Origin: Candidatus Nomurabacteria bacterium
GTDB taxonomy: Bacteria > Patescibacteriota > Minisyncoccia > Phycocordibacterales > UBA9973
Assembly: GCA_026395955.1 (NCBI GenBank)
Contig: JAPLXR010000004.1
Coordinates: 3,883-67,882 of the forward strand
Reading direction: 5' to 3'
Length of the DNA: 64,000 bases
Part shown: in pieces, positions 49,801 through 58,760 of the stretch
How positions within the stretch are numbered: position 1 is the first letter of the stretch
Layout: each line of letters opens with the position of its first letter
Notes under the pieces: model-generated
Database searches by the model: none
Told to the model about the DNA's origin: nothing
The model's input: the letters and a program-made list of their open reading frames with translations, nothing else
Translations under genes and position numbers: made by a program

Positions 49801-50551
49801 TTGATTCTGTACGAACATCACCTTTTGATTTTCCATATATCAAATCAATTTCAAAGTCTTCATCAGCTAAGATTTGACCATTTTCCATTGCTTTTTTAAC
49901 TTGTTTTGCAATTTCGAGCATATTAGAAGCATGCATAACATCGGTACGAACTTGTTTTCCTTCTATATCCCCTTTCAATTCACCAAATAAATGTTTTTCA
50001 AATTCTAAAAAACCCGCTTCAGAAATTTTTCCTGTAGCATATTCTTTTATTTTTTCTTTTACAAAATTTTTAACTGATTCTTCTTTTCTATTTACCTCTG
50101 AATCTTCTTTTTTACCATCATAAACTTTTTTCATTTCTCCCGCATCAGTGTGTATTGCTGTTTCGTATTCAGAAGAAAATTGATTTACGAGGTCATTAAC
50201 GAATTTATCATGATATGCTTGATCTTTATCTTCTCCTGCACCAATATTTCCACTATTTAAAATCTTTTCACGAGCCTTGTATATCTCTTTGTTACGAGTA
50301 TATTCACGTAAAATACCGTGTTTCCATATTCTAGTACCAGTACGTTTCCAAAATTCACTTTTAAAGAATTTTTTCATTCCTTTTAAATCTTCTGGGTTTT
50401 CTGGTGGTTCGAGTGTCATCTTTTCATCAGCAGCATCACGTGCAGCTGATTTCATAACGTCAGTAGTATCAACGAGAACAGCCTTAAAAACTTTTTTCTC
50501 AATATTTTGTTTTACTTCTTCATTAATGTTGTTAGGGTTAAAATTTTCCAT
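46817..50551 (-). CDS. Large hypothetical protein (1244 aa)
   Basis: Long open frame with helical N-terminal half, two hydrophobic Ala/Gly patches, Gly/Asn/His-rich middle and Lys/Glu-rich tail. Confidence 0.75.
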   Translation of the reverse strand: MENFNPNNINEEVKQNIEKKVFKAVLVDTTDVMKSAARDAADEKMTLEPPENPEDLKGMKKFFKSEFWKRTGTRIWKHGILREYTRNKEIYKAREKILNSGNIGAGEDKDQAYHDKFVNDLVNQFSSEYETAIHTDAGEMKKVYDGKKEDSEVNRKEESVKNFVKEKIKEYATGKISEAGFLEFEKHLFGELKGDIEGKQVRTDVMHASNMLEIAKQVKKAMENGQILADEDFEIDLIYGKSKGDVRTESKFTHSEKWAEKISETKIGQFVNETTVATAIALATSLSRSLSSKLASNKAAQFMTFGGSALISGIIAKSRKQREMIQNRTHHNRDMAKGLDYGEKDLNRKEMENFRVDTIGATAVIEEFQRVQEMIASGDKSITPEILQSILVNFSQIEARVRLSDKEHIDMIHYSDPSKVVEERWKVDIERSKLKAELIKMSKSGKLEIPEGYNFDTYISAMTDTQVNALVTDKEHGIDVKDRAFNKMKRSKGNKAALTGFITGLTIGTLAQEAAVHFTHRTGIIEDVYHDIKGDHVTGALGGVEKMTGLAYLKHYVSSDMSSHFSGNNVHEFVMGSNTMKLPEGMNLVHNPDGSFNLLNGKDVIGNHLTMNGDGTFSKEAIDVLHKNGIDIKVDTNYASHLEKHTYSDPADYIKDHPKGFHNIERKMWYDNDTKEFDQNELRTYWSGENGTGINGNGDYVLDVGHMTPDGSFHGDLSANARELLAAGKLKMLFTMSEGTQNHAMWVDVDANGKINVEHNSELGKLFFSKVNGHAQFNGRFGEVAEDLGDGKFKILGTMEGKGLSDISTYTGAVDEIHKTNFIIPGKYDYRVPPFIPVVPGDPLEPARKKAKEDKNKKEQIKDKKSPDGQVILTDGFYGEEDKNTLKENKEFSKEVTEAEYGGLKDDLKMLNKEIQSHHGIIMLEESSFKSEYGKKRYNELAFIKDEKPTRFNKEELQIIGNEMETYLSGVKISSGEKVETKEDKKLSKQEERAQFLKTLEDYLPNATNTKVQAAINSKIFELKKEIEDEEKIENPKQEIKKVVVQKEVKKQEIKKEDKKAEKKAKEEKEKKSIKKKINEALDKVENTMGKGLDALDNGLDSINSVFEKKNKKKNQKQEEIKEVPFDKNINNIFSIMTDTPKTLEREIDSKIEQAKDLPRRNKQAFMIFESDPAKVAGLKKKIEELKLKYPTAHFEFITPSKKDKETIKDNDTAEEYMKKVVKEKMSKVGLNEDDVMNFATRYK

Positions 50552-50571
50552 TGTATTAATTAATTAAAATA

Positions 50572-50895
50572 TTAAGCAATATATCTAGTTCTAAAGTCTA
50601 AATATTCTCCAGCTAAAACTTCTGCCATATTTGGAATAGTTGCAGTGTAAAAATCACTGATAGCTTTTTCATCATCACTATCTAATACTTTTTCAAATTC
50701 ACCAAGTTTATATTCAGGAATATTTGATAAAATTACAGCATTTATTCTATCTTCTAAACGATCTAGCATGTCTTTTTTTAATTGAGTTAAAACTTCAGCG
50801 TCTAAGTCGATAGCCATACCAGCTTCGACAATAAGCTTTTCAATAAACTCTTCATTCATATTTTTAACACTTGCGACGTTTGTATTTTGTGACAT
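50572..50895 (-). CDS. Small acidic helical protein (CPR DUF5663-like)
   Basis: 107-aa ORF 20 nt upstream of the large ORF; family assignment is from memory of similar CPR proteins. Confidence 0.6.
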   Translation of the reverse strand: MSQNTNVASVKNMNEEFIEKLIVEAGMAIDLDAEVLTQLKKDMLDRLEDRINAVILSNIPEYKLGEFEKVLDSDDEKAISDFYTATIPNMAEVLAGEYLDFRTRYIA

Positions 50896-51003
50896 AATTT
50901 TTAAAAATTAAGATTAGTAAATATAAAACTCTTTAATTATACACCCATTTGCAAAAAATCAATACTTCTGCTAGAATACTAAGAGTTTTTTAAATATATA
51001 AAA

Positions 51004-51510
51004 TTGCGAGAAAGAATAAACAATCAAATAAGAGCAAAGGAATTACGTGTTTTAGACAGTGAAAACAAGAACCTCGGCCTTTTAAGCTTCAAAGAAGCCT
51101 TAGAGTTGGCAACAAAACAAGGCCTTGATCTCATTGAAATATCACCAAATGGTAATCCCCCAATTGCAAAGATAGCTGATTTTGGTAAATACCAATACGA
51201 ACAAAGTAAAAAACAAAAGAAAGCTAAAGCTAATGCAAAACCGACTGAAACTAAATCAATTCAAGTTAAAATCGGTACTGGAGATCACGATTTGGAGTTA
51301 AAAGCTAAAACAGCTTCCAAATGGCTCAAAGAAGGACATCGTATAAAAGTAGAGCTTTTCCTCGCTGGTAGAGCTAAATATATGGATGAGAAATTCTTGA
51401 AAGAACGTTTAGATCGAGTTTTACATTTTATAACAGAAAACTATAAAATCTCAGATCCTTATAAAAAAGGACCAAAAGGTATAATAATTACAATAGAGAA
51501 AGACAAATAA
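51004..51510 (+). CDS. infC: Translation initiation factor IF-3
   Basis: RINNQIRA, DLIEISPN, DFGKYQYE; non-ATG start (TTG, or in-frame ATA at 50998). Confidence 0.96.
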   Translation: MRERINNQIRAKELRVLDSENKNLGLLSFKEALELATKQGLDLIEISPNGNPPIAKIADFGKYQYEQSKKQKKAKANAKPTETKSIQVKIGTGDHDLELKAKTASKWLKEGHRIKVELFLAGRAKYMDEKFLKERLDRVLHFITENYKISDPYKKGPKGIIITIEKDK

Positions 51511-51514
51511 TTTT

Positions 51515-51700
51515 ATGAAAACAAACAAATCATACTCAAAAAGATTAAAAGTAACAAAAACAGGCAAACTCATAACACGTTCACCTGGTTTTAATCATTT
51601 TAATGCAAAACAATCTCGTACTACACAGCTCGCTGGTAGAAAAGGCCGAGAATTTATTATCAAGGCAAAGGCAAAGAGCCATTTGTTACCAAACAAATAA
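51515..51700 (+). CDS. rpmI: 50S ribosomal protein L35
   Basis: MKTNKSYSKRLKVTKTGK; between infC and rplT. Confidence 0.92.
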   Translation: MKTNKSYSKRLKVTKTGKLITRSPGFNHFNAKQSRTTQLAGRKGREFIIKAKAKSHLLPNK

Positions 51701-51721
51701 TTAAAAGTTAACTAAAATATT

Positions 51722-52045
51722 ATGACAAGAGTTAAAAAAGGAGTACATGCGTTAAAGAGAAGAAGAAGTGTCTTGAAGCAAACAAAAGGAATGCGTCAAG
51801 AACGTTCTAGTAAGGAGCGATCTGCAAAAGATGCTCTCCTTCATGCTGGAGCTTACTCTTTCGCTCACAGAAAGGACAAGAAATCACACAACAGAAAGCT
51901 TTGGAATATAAAAATCAATGCTGGATACAGTAAAATGATCGGCGCATTATCTAAAAAGAAAATAATGCTTGATCGTAAAATCCTAGCAGACCTAGCAGAA
52001 AACAACCCTGAAGTCTTCGCAAAGATAATCGCACAAGTTAAATAA
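51722..52045 (+). CDS. rplT: 50S ribosomal protein L20
   Basis: MTRVKKG, RKLWNIKINA, LDRKILADLA. Confidence 0.95.
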   Translation: MTRVKKGVHALKRRRSVLKQTKGMRQERSSKERSAKDALLHAGAYSFAHRKDKKSHNRKLWNIKINAGYSKMIGALSKKKIMLDRKILADLAENNPEVFAKIIAQVK

Positions 52046-52078
52046 TAAATAAAAAATCCCCTTTCGGGGATTTTTTAT
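52032..52078. terminator. Bidirectional terminator (near-identical copies at about 54799-54822, 58733-58757 and 61559-61584)
   Basis: aaaaatcccc-tttc-ggggattttt. Confidence 0.8.
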
Positions 52079-52696
52079 TTATATTACTTTATTTTCTTCA
52101 GCGGCGTCTTTGTCTTTGTAGATAAGTGCGACTACTTTTTCGACGAGTTTCTTTGGGTCAGAATCGAAAACTATTTTTGCATTTGGACGATGACCTTTTT
52201 CTATAATTGTTTTAATCTCATCCCCCATCTCCCATCCAGCGTCTTCTAAGATTCCGATAGGTTTGTCATCTTCGAAAGCAACAGTGAATTCATGAATAGT
52301 ACCTATACGTCCACAGCCGAGTATTACAGCGTCAGAAGAACGAGTAAGTAGAATATCTCTCATTTGATAACCGAAACCAGTGTAAATAATCAAATCCATA
52401 TAATCCACTGGAAGCTTATAAACTTGAATATGTTCCTTTTCTGTAGCTGCAGGAGAAAGACCGACTGATATACCTCCGACTTCTTTTGCGCCCATAGCTG
52501 CCCATAATGGAAAGCCTGTAGTTGCTCCTGTTACTAACACTCCACCTTGGCGCACTATTTCAGCTCCGAGGTCTTTTGATTTTTGTAATGCATTTGGTCC
52601 ACAATGACCAGTTTCAGCTGCACCAGACACACAGATTTTTAATTGTCTGTGTCCGTGTTTTGTATAAGGGTTACTGTTTAATATTGATAAGTCCAT
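52079..52696 (-). CDS. LOG/SLOG family nucleotide-binding protein
   Basis: LVTGATTG, VGLSP, RDILLTRSSDAV, GRIGTIHEF. Confidence 0.8.
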   Translation of the reverse strand: MDLSILNSNPYTKHGHRQLKICVSGAAETGHCGPNALQKSKDLGAEIVRQGGVLVTGATTGFPLWAAMGAKEVGGISVGLSPAATEKEHIQVYKLPVDYMDLIIYTGFGYQMRDILLTRSSDAVILGCGRIGTIHEFTVAFEDDKPIGILEDAGWEMGDEIKTIIEKGHRPNAKIVFDSDPKKLVEKVVALIYKDKDAAEENKVI

Positions 52697-52716
52697 AGGT
52701 GTATATTATAGCACAA

Positions 52717-54099
52717 TTAAAATTCTAGAAAAACACTCTCTCCTTTTATAGGTTGACGAGCATTGAGACCTAGGTTGTCTCTAATTTTTTGTATTAAAAA
52801 CATTGATGAACTTGGTTCTCCCATAACAGTGAAAATTTGTTTTACTGTTTCGGCAGTACCAGCAACGAAATCTAAAAGTGCATCAGAATCTTTGTGACCA
52901 GAATAACCAGAAATCATTTCTACTTTTGCACGAATTAGAACTTGTTCACCGTTTATATAAACACTATTTTCTTTATCTTGAATATGTCTACCGAGAGTTC
53001 CAGCGGACTGATAACCAGTCAAAAGTATCGTATTATTCGGATCAGGTAAATAATTATGTTCATGGTGCACTATACGTCCACCAGAAGACATACCAGAACC
53101 AGCAATAACAATCTTTGGATTTGGTGTACGCAAGATCATTTTTGAATCTTCGGCTTCAGGTGTTTGTTTTAACCCAGGAAAAACGAAAATATTTTTTCCA
53201 GATTTAGCCATTTCTCTAGCCTCATCATTCATTTCATTCTCATATTTTTTATAAACATCAGTGAGCTTGATAGCGAGCGGTGAATCTAAAAAGAAAGGAA
53301 CCAAAGGTATACGCCCCTTAATTATAAGGTCATCTATTTCAAAAAGTAATTCTTGGGTTCTTTCTAGAGAAAAAGTAGGCATAACTAAAACACCTCTCCT
53401 TTTCACATTATCTTGAATAATATGTTCGAGTAAAAGCTTTCTATTATCTCTATCTTCATGGTTACGGTCTCCATAAACAGATTCCATTACTAGATAATCA
53501 GCATCTGTTAATTTTTCACAATCTTTTAAGATTGGTGATGGTGAATTTCCCAAGTCTCCAGTGAAAACTATTTTTTTACCATTACAAATCATTTCTATAA
53601 AAGCAGAGCCGAGAATGTGGCCAGAATTTCTGAAATTAATTTGTAAACCTTTTATATCAAATGGCTTGTGGTATTCTATCCCCTCCCATAAACGCATCAT
53701 TGTATTTATATTTTCTTCACTATAAATCTCTAAGATTTCTTTTGTAATTGTAGGATTGTTATGTCTGTTATGTGAAAGTATATGAGCTTCATCTTCTACC
53801 ATGTATCGAGCGAGATCTTTTGTAGCAGGAGTTGAAATAATTCGTCCTTTAAATCCTGCATTTATCAAACGTGGAATACGTCCGACATGGTCTAGATGAG
53901 CATGAGTTACAAAAAGTACATCTATAGTTTTAGGGTCATAAGAAAAAGCAGCATTATTGTCTTCTTCTGCTGTTTTTTCACCTTGCACTAAACCACAATC
54001 AACAAGTATCTTTAAACCCTGTTCTTCATCTTCGAGTAAATAATTCGCACCTGTAACTGTATCGACACCTGTACAAAAAGTAAGTTTTAATTTTTTCAT
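52717..54099 (-). CDS. MBL-fold beta-CASP ribonuclease
   Basis: THAHLDH, GHILGS, MESVYG, AGSGM, YSGH. Confidence 0.92.
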   Translation of the reverse strand: MKKLKLTFCTGVDTVTGANYLLEDEEQGLKILVDCGLVQGEKTAEEDNNAAFSYDPKTIDVLFVTHAHLDHVGRIPRLINAGFKGRIISTPATKDLARYMVEDEAHILSHNRHNNPTITKEILEIYSEENINTMMRLWEGIEYHKPFDIKGLQINFRNSGHILGSAFIEMICNGKKIVFTGDLGNSPSPILKDCEKLTDADYLVMESVYGDRNHEDRDNRKLLLEHIIQDNVKRRGVLVMPTFSLERTQELLFEIDDLIIKGRIPLVPFFLDSPLAIKLTDVYKKYENEMNDEAREMAKSGKNIFVFPGLKQTPEAEDSKMILRTPNPKIVIAGSGMSSGGRIVHHEHNYLPDPNNTILLTGYQSAGTLGRHIQDKENSVYINGEQVLIRAKVEMISGYSGHKDSDALLDFVAGTAETVKQIFTVMGEPSSSMFLIQKIRDNLGLNARQPIKGESVFLEF

Positions 54100-54109
54100 G
54101 ATAAATATA

Positions 54110-54511
54110 TTATACTACTTTCATATTTTTATTCATAATCACAAAATATGATGCTAAACCACCAGACAAATCAAAACAAATGTCAGATATAGTATCAAGT
54201 GTATTAAAAAACTGACCACCTAAAATATTATTAAAAATAATTTCAAAAAATTCCCAACCAATACCGACAATTAAAGTGAATAAAAATACATATAGAATTT
54301 GTTCTTTAAAATTTAACTCTAACAAGTTTATTTTTACAAACTTAGAACAATAAACAGCTAGTAAACCGACAAATACTCCCCCCAGGAAGTGCATTGGCAT
54401 ATCGAAATACCAAATAGAAATATACCAATACAGCTTTCCTGCTATAAAATTTAAAATAAAAATAAAAAAAACGAGTTGTGCCATTCGTTTTAAAATTTTT
54501 TTTCTATCCAT
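54110..54511 (-). CDS. Small membrane protein (HFLGG...WE...DT..D family)
   Basis: Four TMs; FDMPMHFLGG, GWEFFE, DTISD. Confidence 0.65.
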   Translation of the reverse strand: MDRKKILKRMAQLVFFIFILNFIAGKLYWYISIWYFDMPMHFLGGVFVGLLAVYCSKFVKINLLELNFKEQILYVFLFTLIVGIGWEFFEIIFNNILGGQFFNTLDTISDICFDLSGGLASYFVIMNKNMKVV

Positions 54512-54542
54512 ATGAATATTGTAACAAAATAAGTCTTAAAAA

Positions 54543-54700
54543 GAAAAAATCCGCCTAACGCGGAGTGCTTCTTAGGACTATTTCCAATATATTACCATAG
54601 CGTTTTAAGCTAAGTGGGTGACAGACGCTATAGGCCAAAGCCAGTAACGATCGAGCCTCCCATAAAAAATTGTTCTAGGTAATAATTGGAAATAACCCTA
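54543..54700 (-). ncRNA. Unidentified structured ncRNA with its own promoter and terminator
   Basis: About 23-bp closing stem, two inner hairpins, promoter TTGCGT-16-TATACT (54706-54733), terminator TCCGC-GTTAG-GCGGA-T6. Confidence 0.65.
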
Positions 54701-54828
54701 TCTAAAGTATACTAATTCCATAAATCAACGCAACTTTTTTATCAAAAAACCACATAAAAAAACAAAAAACAAATTGACAAAAATAATTTTACAAATCTAA
54801 AAATCCCCTTTCGGGGATTTTTAAGAAA

Positions 54829-55305
54829 TTATTCTTTATGTTCTGCGTAAACAAAATCTGAATCAATTTTTTGATAAGAAAATATTTCATCTTTTTCAAA
54901 AAAACGAGCCACTTCTATTTCACCAGCTTCTACAGAATCAGAAGCATGTACGATATTTGATTGTGTTGAAAGAGAAAAATCTCCACGTATTGTTCCTGCT
55001 GTAGCTTCCCAAGCCTTTGTAGGACCTACAAGTAAACGAATAGATGAAACTGCATTAATACCTTCTATTGCCAAAACGACAACAGGACAAGCTTTCATAA
55101 AATCACGAATACCTGGGAAAAATGGTTTATCTTTTATATGAGCATAATGTTCTTCTAATGTTGCATCTTCTAAATTCATCATTTTCATACCAGTTATTTT
55201 TAAACCTTTCTTTTCTAAGCGAGAGATTATATCCCCTACTAGATTTCTTTGAACTGCATCTGGTTTTATAATGATTAATGATTTTTCATCGTTTGGTCTT
55301 GCCAT
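54829..55305 (-). CDS. ndk: Nucleoside-diphosphate kinase
   Basis: IIKPDAV, GTIRGDF, NIVHASDS. Confidence 0.97.
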   Translation of the reverse strand: MARPNDEKSLIIIKPDAVQRNLVGDIISRLEKKGLKITGMKMMNLEDATLEEHYAHIKDKPFFPGIRDFMKACPVVVLAIEGINAVSSIRLLVGPTKAWEATAGTIRGDFSLSTQSNIVHASDSVEAGEIEVARFFEKDEIFSYQKIDSDFVYAEHKE

Positions 55306-55381
55306 AATTTTTTTTAAATTAAAATACTAATAAGCCTATACTAGCAGAAAAATACTAAAGAGGCAAAAAATAAATTACTAC

Positions 55382-58129
55382 CTAACTCTGATACCTCGCC
55401 ATAATTTCTTCTTCTATTTCTTCACGGTCGCGACCGTATTTTAGATATGAAAGTTCTTTTAGAGCTTCAACTATTTCAGGGTTCCCTGGTTCTGGAGCAA
55501 GTGTATGCATATTGAATGGCTTTGTTGGTTGACCTTTTACTAGCATTGAAACATATGCATTATAATTATCAATTTTAATAATATCAGAAGCAGCAAATGT
55601 CGGTTTGAATTTTGGTTCTAAAAAAGCTGCATCTTCAGGTGAGATACGGAATACAGCCATTGAACCAACGTTTCCAAAAACAGCATTTTTAATTCCTTCA
55701 TCAAGCTGAGAAATGTATTGATGAGCGACGTTGAGTGACAAACGATATTTACGAGCTTCAGATAAAATAGAAGAGATGGAATCTGTAGTGACATTTTGGA
55801 ACTCGTCGATATATAGATAAAAATCATTCATCTTTTGACCAAACATATCTACGCGAGAAAGTGCCGCCATTTGTATTTTACCGACAAGCAATAGACCGAT
55901 AAGGTTCGCATTTATATCTCCCAATCTTCCTTTTGAAAGATTTACCAAAAGTATCTTTTTGTTATCCATAATCTCACGGAAATTGAAAACTGATTTTTGT
56001 TGCAAAACTACAGGACGCATAATATCGTTCGAAATGAAATTATCAAATTTTGATGAAATATAAGGTACAAAGTTCGCAATAGATTGATCCCCTGTAGTCG
56101 CTTCTGCACTACGCCAGAATTCTTTAATAATTTGATTTTTACATTTTGCGAGAAGTGAATCACGATATTCTTTATTACCTAAGACACGAGTAATCTCTAG
56201 CAATGTACCAGGAGTTTCAGGATCATCCATTATTAGAAAAGCTGAGTTTTTAAAATATTGTTCAAACATCGGACCCATAGATTCTTTTGTGAAGAGCTTA
56301 TTGAAAATACCCATTAGTTCATTCACTACAAATGTCTTTTGTTCTGGATATTTTGGATCATATTCGAGCATATTGAGCCCCATAGGACGCGCAGTATAAG
56401 CAGGGTCAAAATAAATAACATCATCGATACGTTCTTTTGGAATACGAGAAAGTATCGTTTGAATATCTGTACCGTGTGGATCGATATAACAACAACCATC
56501 ACCATTCTTGATGTCTTGAGTAATCATATTAAGCAAAATATTCGTCTTACCAGTACCTGTCTGTCCGATAACATACATATGACGTACACGATCTTCGCGA
56601 GTCATACGTATTTCTGTATCTTTACCTCTATAACTATTTATTCCGAGAATAATACCTTCATCACCCATTTCCATCGGTGCAGGTGCAATACCAGCTTTTG
56701 CTTCTTTGAGTTGTGGTTGAGATGAAATTCCAACAGGAAAATGAAAAACTGACGCAAGTTCTTTTAAATTCATTGGTAGAGTTTTGGTATCAACAAATGA
56801 ACGGTATGAAAAATCATGAAAAAGTTTTTTCAAATCACTACCACTAGCTTTATCAAAAACAAAATGATTACTAGCTGGCATTGTAAATTGATTAAAAGAA
56901 GATTCTATTTCAGTCAAAATCATTTCAGCACGTTCTTTCGTCTCAGCAGAAGCTACTACTCGAATATTTGCTTTCATTATTGTACTCTTCAATTTATTTG
57001 CAATCTTTTCTGGTCCCCCATCATCGATAGCGCTATGTGCTTTTATTTTTCCTTCGAGACCTTCGTCTTTTTTATTTTTACCAAAAAACATTTCCTTACC
57101 TACAGACAAAACAGCACTATGCCATTTATAAAAATTATCATCTGCTTTTTTAATAGAAGTACCAGCTTTTACATCATTTAAAATTAAGTGAAATTGTTTT
57201 GTAAATTTATCTCCTGATGGACAAACTACCATTTGTATAGCTGCACCCTCTCCACCTTTTTTTAACTTAGAAAAGACATTCAAAATAGTATTCATCGGAT
57301 CATGATCTATTTCTTCATAAGTCTTTATAGGTAAAACTGGCTTCTCAGCAAAATGTGCATAAGCTCCGGCTGAATGTCCTTTGTCTGCAAAAATATTATA
57401 GTCATCACTCACTTCCATTATTTTTGCATTATCATAAAAAGCTAAAATTTGTTTTTCAAAAAGAGATACATATTCGTTAGGAATACCTGCATACACAACG
57501 ACTTCATCACTTTGATTACCTAGAGCAATTTCTAATGTAAAATAATTTTCTTTTTCATTGTTGTATCCAGCAGAGATTGACTGCATACCAGCATAGAACT
57601 GCTCCATAGCACCAATGAAATCTTTGAAACCTCTTTTATCAGTTCCTTCATTTGAAGGTGGTAATGTAACTTCAAAAAGAGTCATATTTAATTCTTTCCA
57701 AAGTGGTGAACCTTCTTTTAATCCATCGACAACTTGTCCTGTTTTTAAATATTGTACAAGCAAACGATGAAAGTCATCATCTATATGCGGATTATTCATT
57801 GACTCCACAATAGACATTGCATTACGTATTCCCTTTGTAAGCATAATACCTAAAATTTCTTCCATTACTACATCATGTGCTTCTGGTTTTAATTTTAAAA
57901 CAATTGCTTCGGCTTCTTTTTCTTTTATTAAAACATCTTTGTGAATTATTTCTTCAGCTGGAACTTCCATGTACTCAGTAATAACATCTGCACTCGCACG
58001 TTCGATAGAATTCTCAAAATGACCTTTTTCTATTAAAACTTTTTCACGATCAGCAACTTCGGCACGTAAAAAATTCAACTCCTCTTCGGGAGACTTAAAC
58101 TTTGGCATTTCTCTAAAAATTGATTCCAT
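55382..58129 (-). CDS. VirD4/TraD-like (HerA/DUF87 superfamily) ATPase
   Basis: HMYVIGQTGTGKT, IDPHG, YIDEFQN, SEARKYRL, AHQYISQL. Confidence 0.85.
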   Translation of the reverse strand: MESIFREMPKFKSPEEELNFLRAEVADREKVLIEKGHFENSIERASADVITEYMEVPAEEIIHKDVLIKEKEAEAIVLKLKPEAHDVVMEEILGIMLTKGIRNAMSIVESMNNPHIDDDFHRLLVQYLKTGQVVDGLKEGSPLWKELNMTLFEVTLPPSNEGTDKRGFKDFIGAMEQFYAGMQSISAGYNNEKENYFTLEIALGNQSDEVVVYAGIPNEYVSLFEKQILAFYDNAKIMEVSDDYNIFADKGHSAGAYAHFAEKPVLPIKTYEEIDHDPMNTILNVFSKLKKGGEGAAIQMVVCPSGDKFTKQFHLILNDVKAGTSIKKADDNFYKWHSAVLSVGKEMFFGKNKKDEGLEGKIKAHSAIDDGGPEKIANKLKSTIMKANIRVVASAETKERAEMILTEIESSFNQFTMPASNHFVFDKASGSDLKKLFHDFSYRSFVDTKTLPMNLKELASVFHFPVGISSQPQLKEAKAGIAPAPMEMGDEGIILGINSYRGKDTEIRMTREDRVRHMYVIGQTGTGKTNILLNMITQDIKNGDGCCYIDPHGTDIQTILSRIPKERIDDVIYFDPAYTARPMGLNMLEYDPKYPEQKTFVVNELMGIFNKLFTKESMGPMFEQYFKNSAFLIMDDPETPGTLLEITRVLGNKEYRDSLLAKCKNQIIKEFWRSAEATTGDQSIANFVPYISSKFDNFISNDIMRPVVLQQKSVFNFREIMDNKKILLVNLSKGRLGDINANLIGLLLVGKIQMAALSRVDMFGQKMNDFYLYIDEFQNVTTDSISSILSEARKYRLSLNVAHQYISQLDEGIKNAVFGNVGSMAVFRISPEDAAFLEPKFKPTFAASDIIKIDNYNAYVSMLVKGQPTKPFNMHTLAPEPGNPEIVEALKELSYLKYGRDREEIEEEIMARYQS

Positions 58130-58295
58130 TTTTTAATTATACCCTAAAAGCTGTATTTACAAGAGTTTTTATTCTATTGACTTTTAAAACAAAGTCTGAT
58201 ATAATTGATACATTAGTGGTATAGACACATATTACCTATTAGGTATATAATGTTATTATAAATGTCGCAAATTAATTAATAGAAATAATAAAAAT

Positions 58296-58721
58296 ATGAA
58301 CGAAACATTAACACCAAAAAACACAGAAGAAGTTAAATCAACATTAGATACACATTCTATTGCAGAAGAAGCAATGAAAACAGAAGGTGTAGTAGGAGGA
58401 GTTTCTCCAAAAGTAGAAAGACCAAAAGAAGACAAGAAATCATCTGGATTCATGAGCAGAATATCTTCTTTAACAAACAGAATTAAAGATCAATTAAATT
58501 CAGGAGAAAAAGAAAAACAAGAAAAATTAATGAAGAGATGGGACAGTCCTGCATTTAAAAGTGAATATACAAAATTAATGAAAGAAAACCCAGACAAAGC
58601 AGCAAAATTTAAATACGCTGTAGAAAATATAACTCAATTCGTTTGGAGTGAAGCAGACAATAATTACATGGATAAAACAAAATACTCTGTAGCTTCAGGT
58701 GAAGGAACAGCAGGAAAATAA
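58296..58721 (+). CDS. Hypothetical Lys/Glu-rich protein
   Basis: 141-aa ORF with purine-biased coding, upstream promoter-like boxes and downstream terminator. Confidence 0.65.
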   Translation: MNETLTPKNTEEVKSTLDTHSIAEEAMKTEGVVGGVSPKVERPKEDKKSSGFMSRISSLTNRIKDQLNSGEKEKQEKLMKRWDSPAFKSEYTKLMKENPDKAAKFKYAVENITQFVWSEADNNYMDKTKYSVASGEGTAGK

Positions 58722-58760
58722 TCTCTAAAACAAAAAATCCCCTCTCGGGGATTTTTTGTT

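Noticed and set aside
46777-50895. Genomic island integrated at tmRNA
   Set aside because: No integrase and no duplicated tmRNA 3' end found
51004-51006. Non-ATG start of infC as a novelty
   Set aside because: A non-canonical start codon is the well-known IF3 autoregulation mechanism
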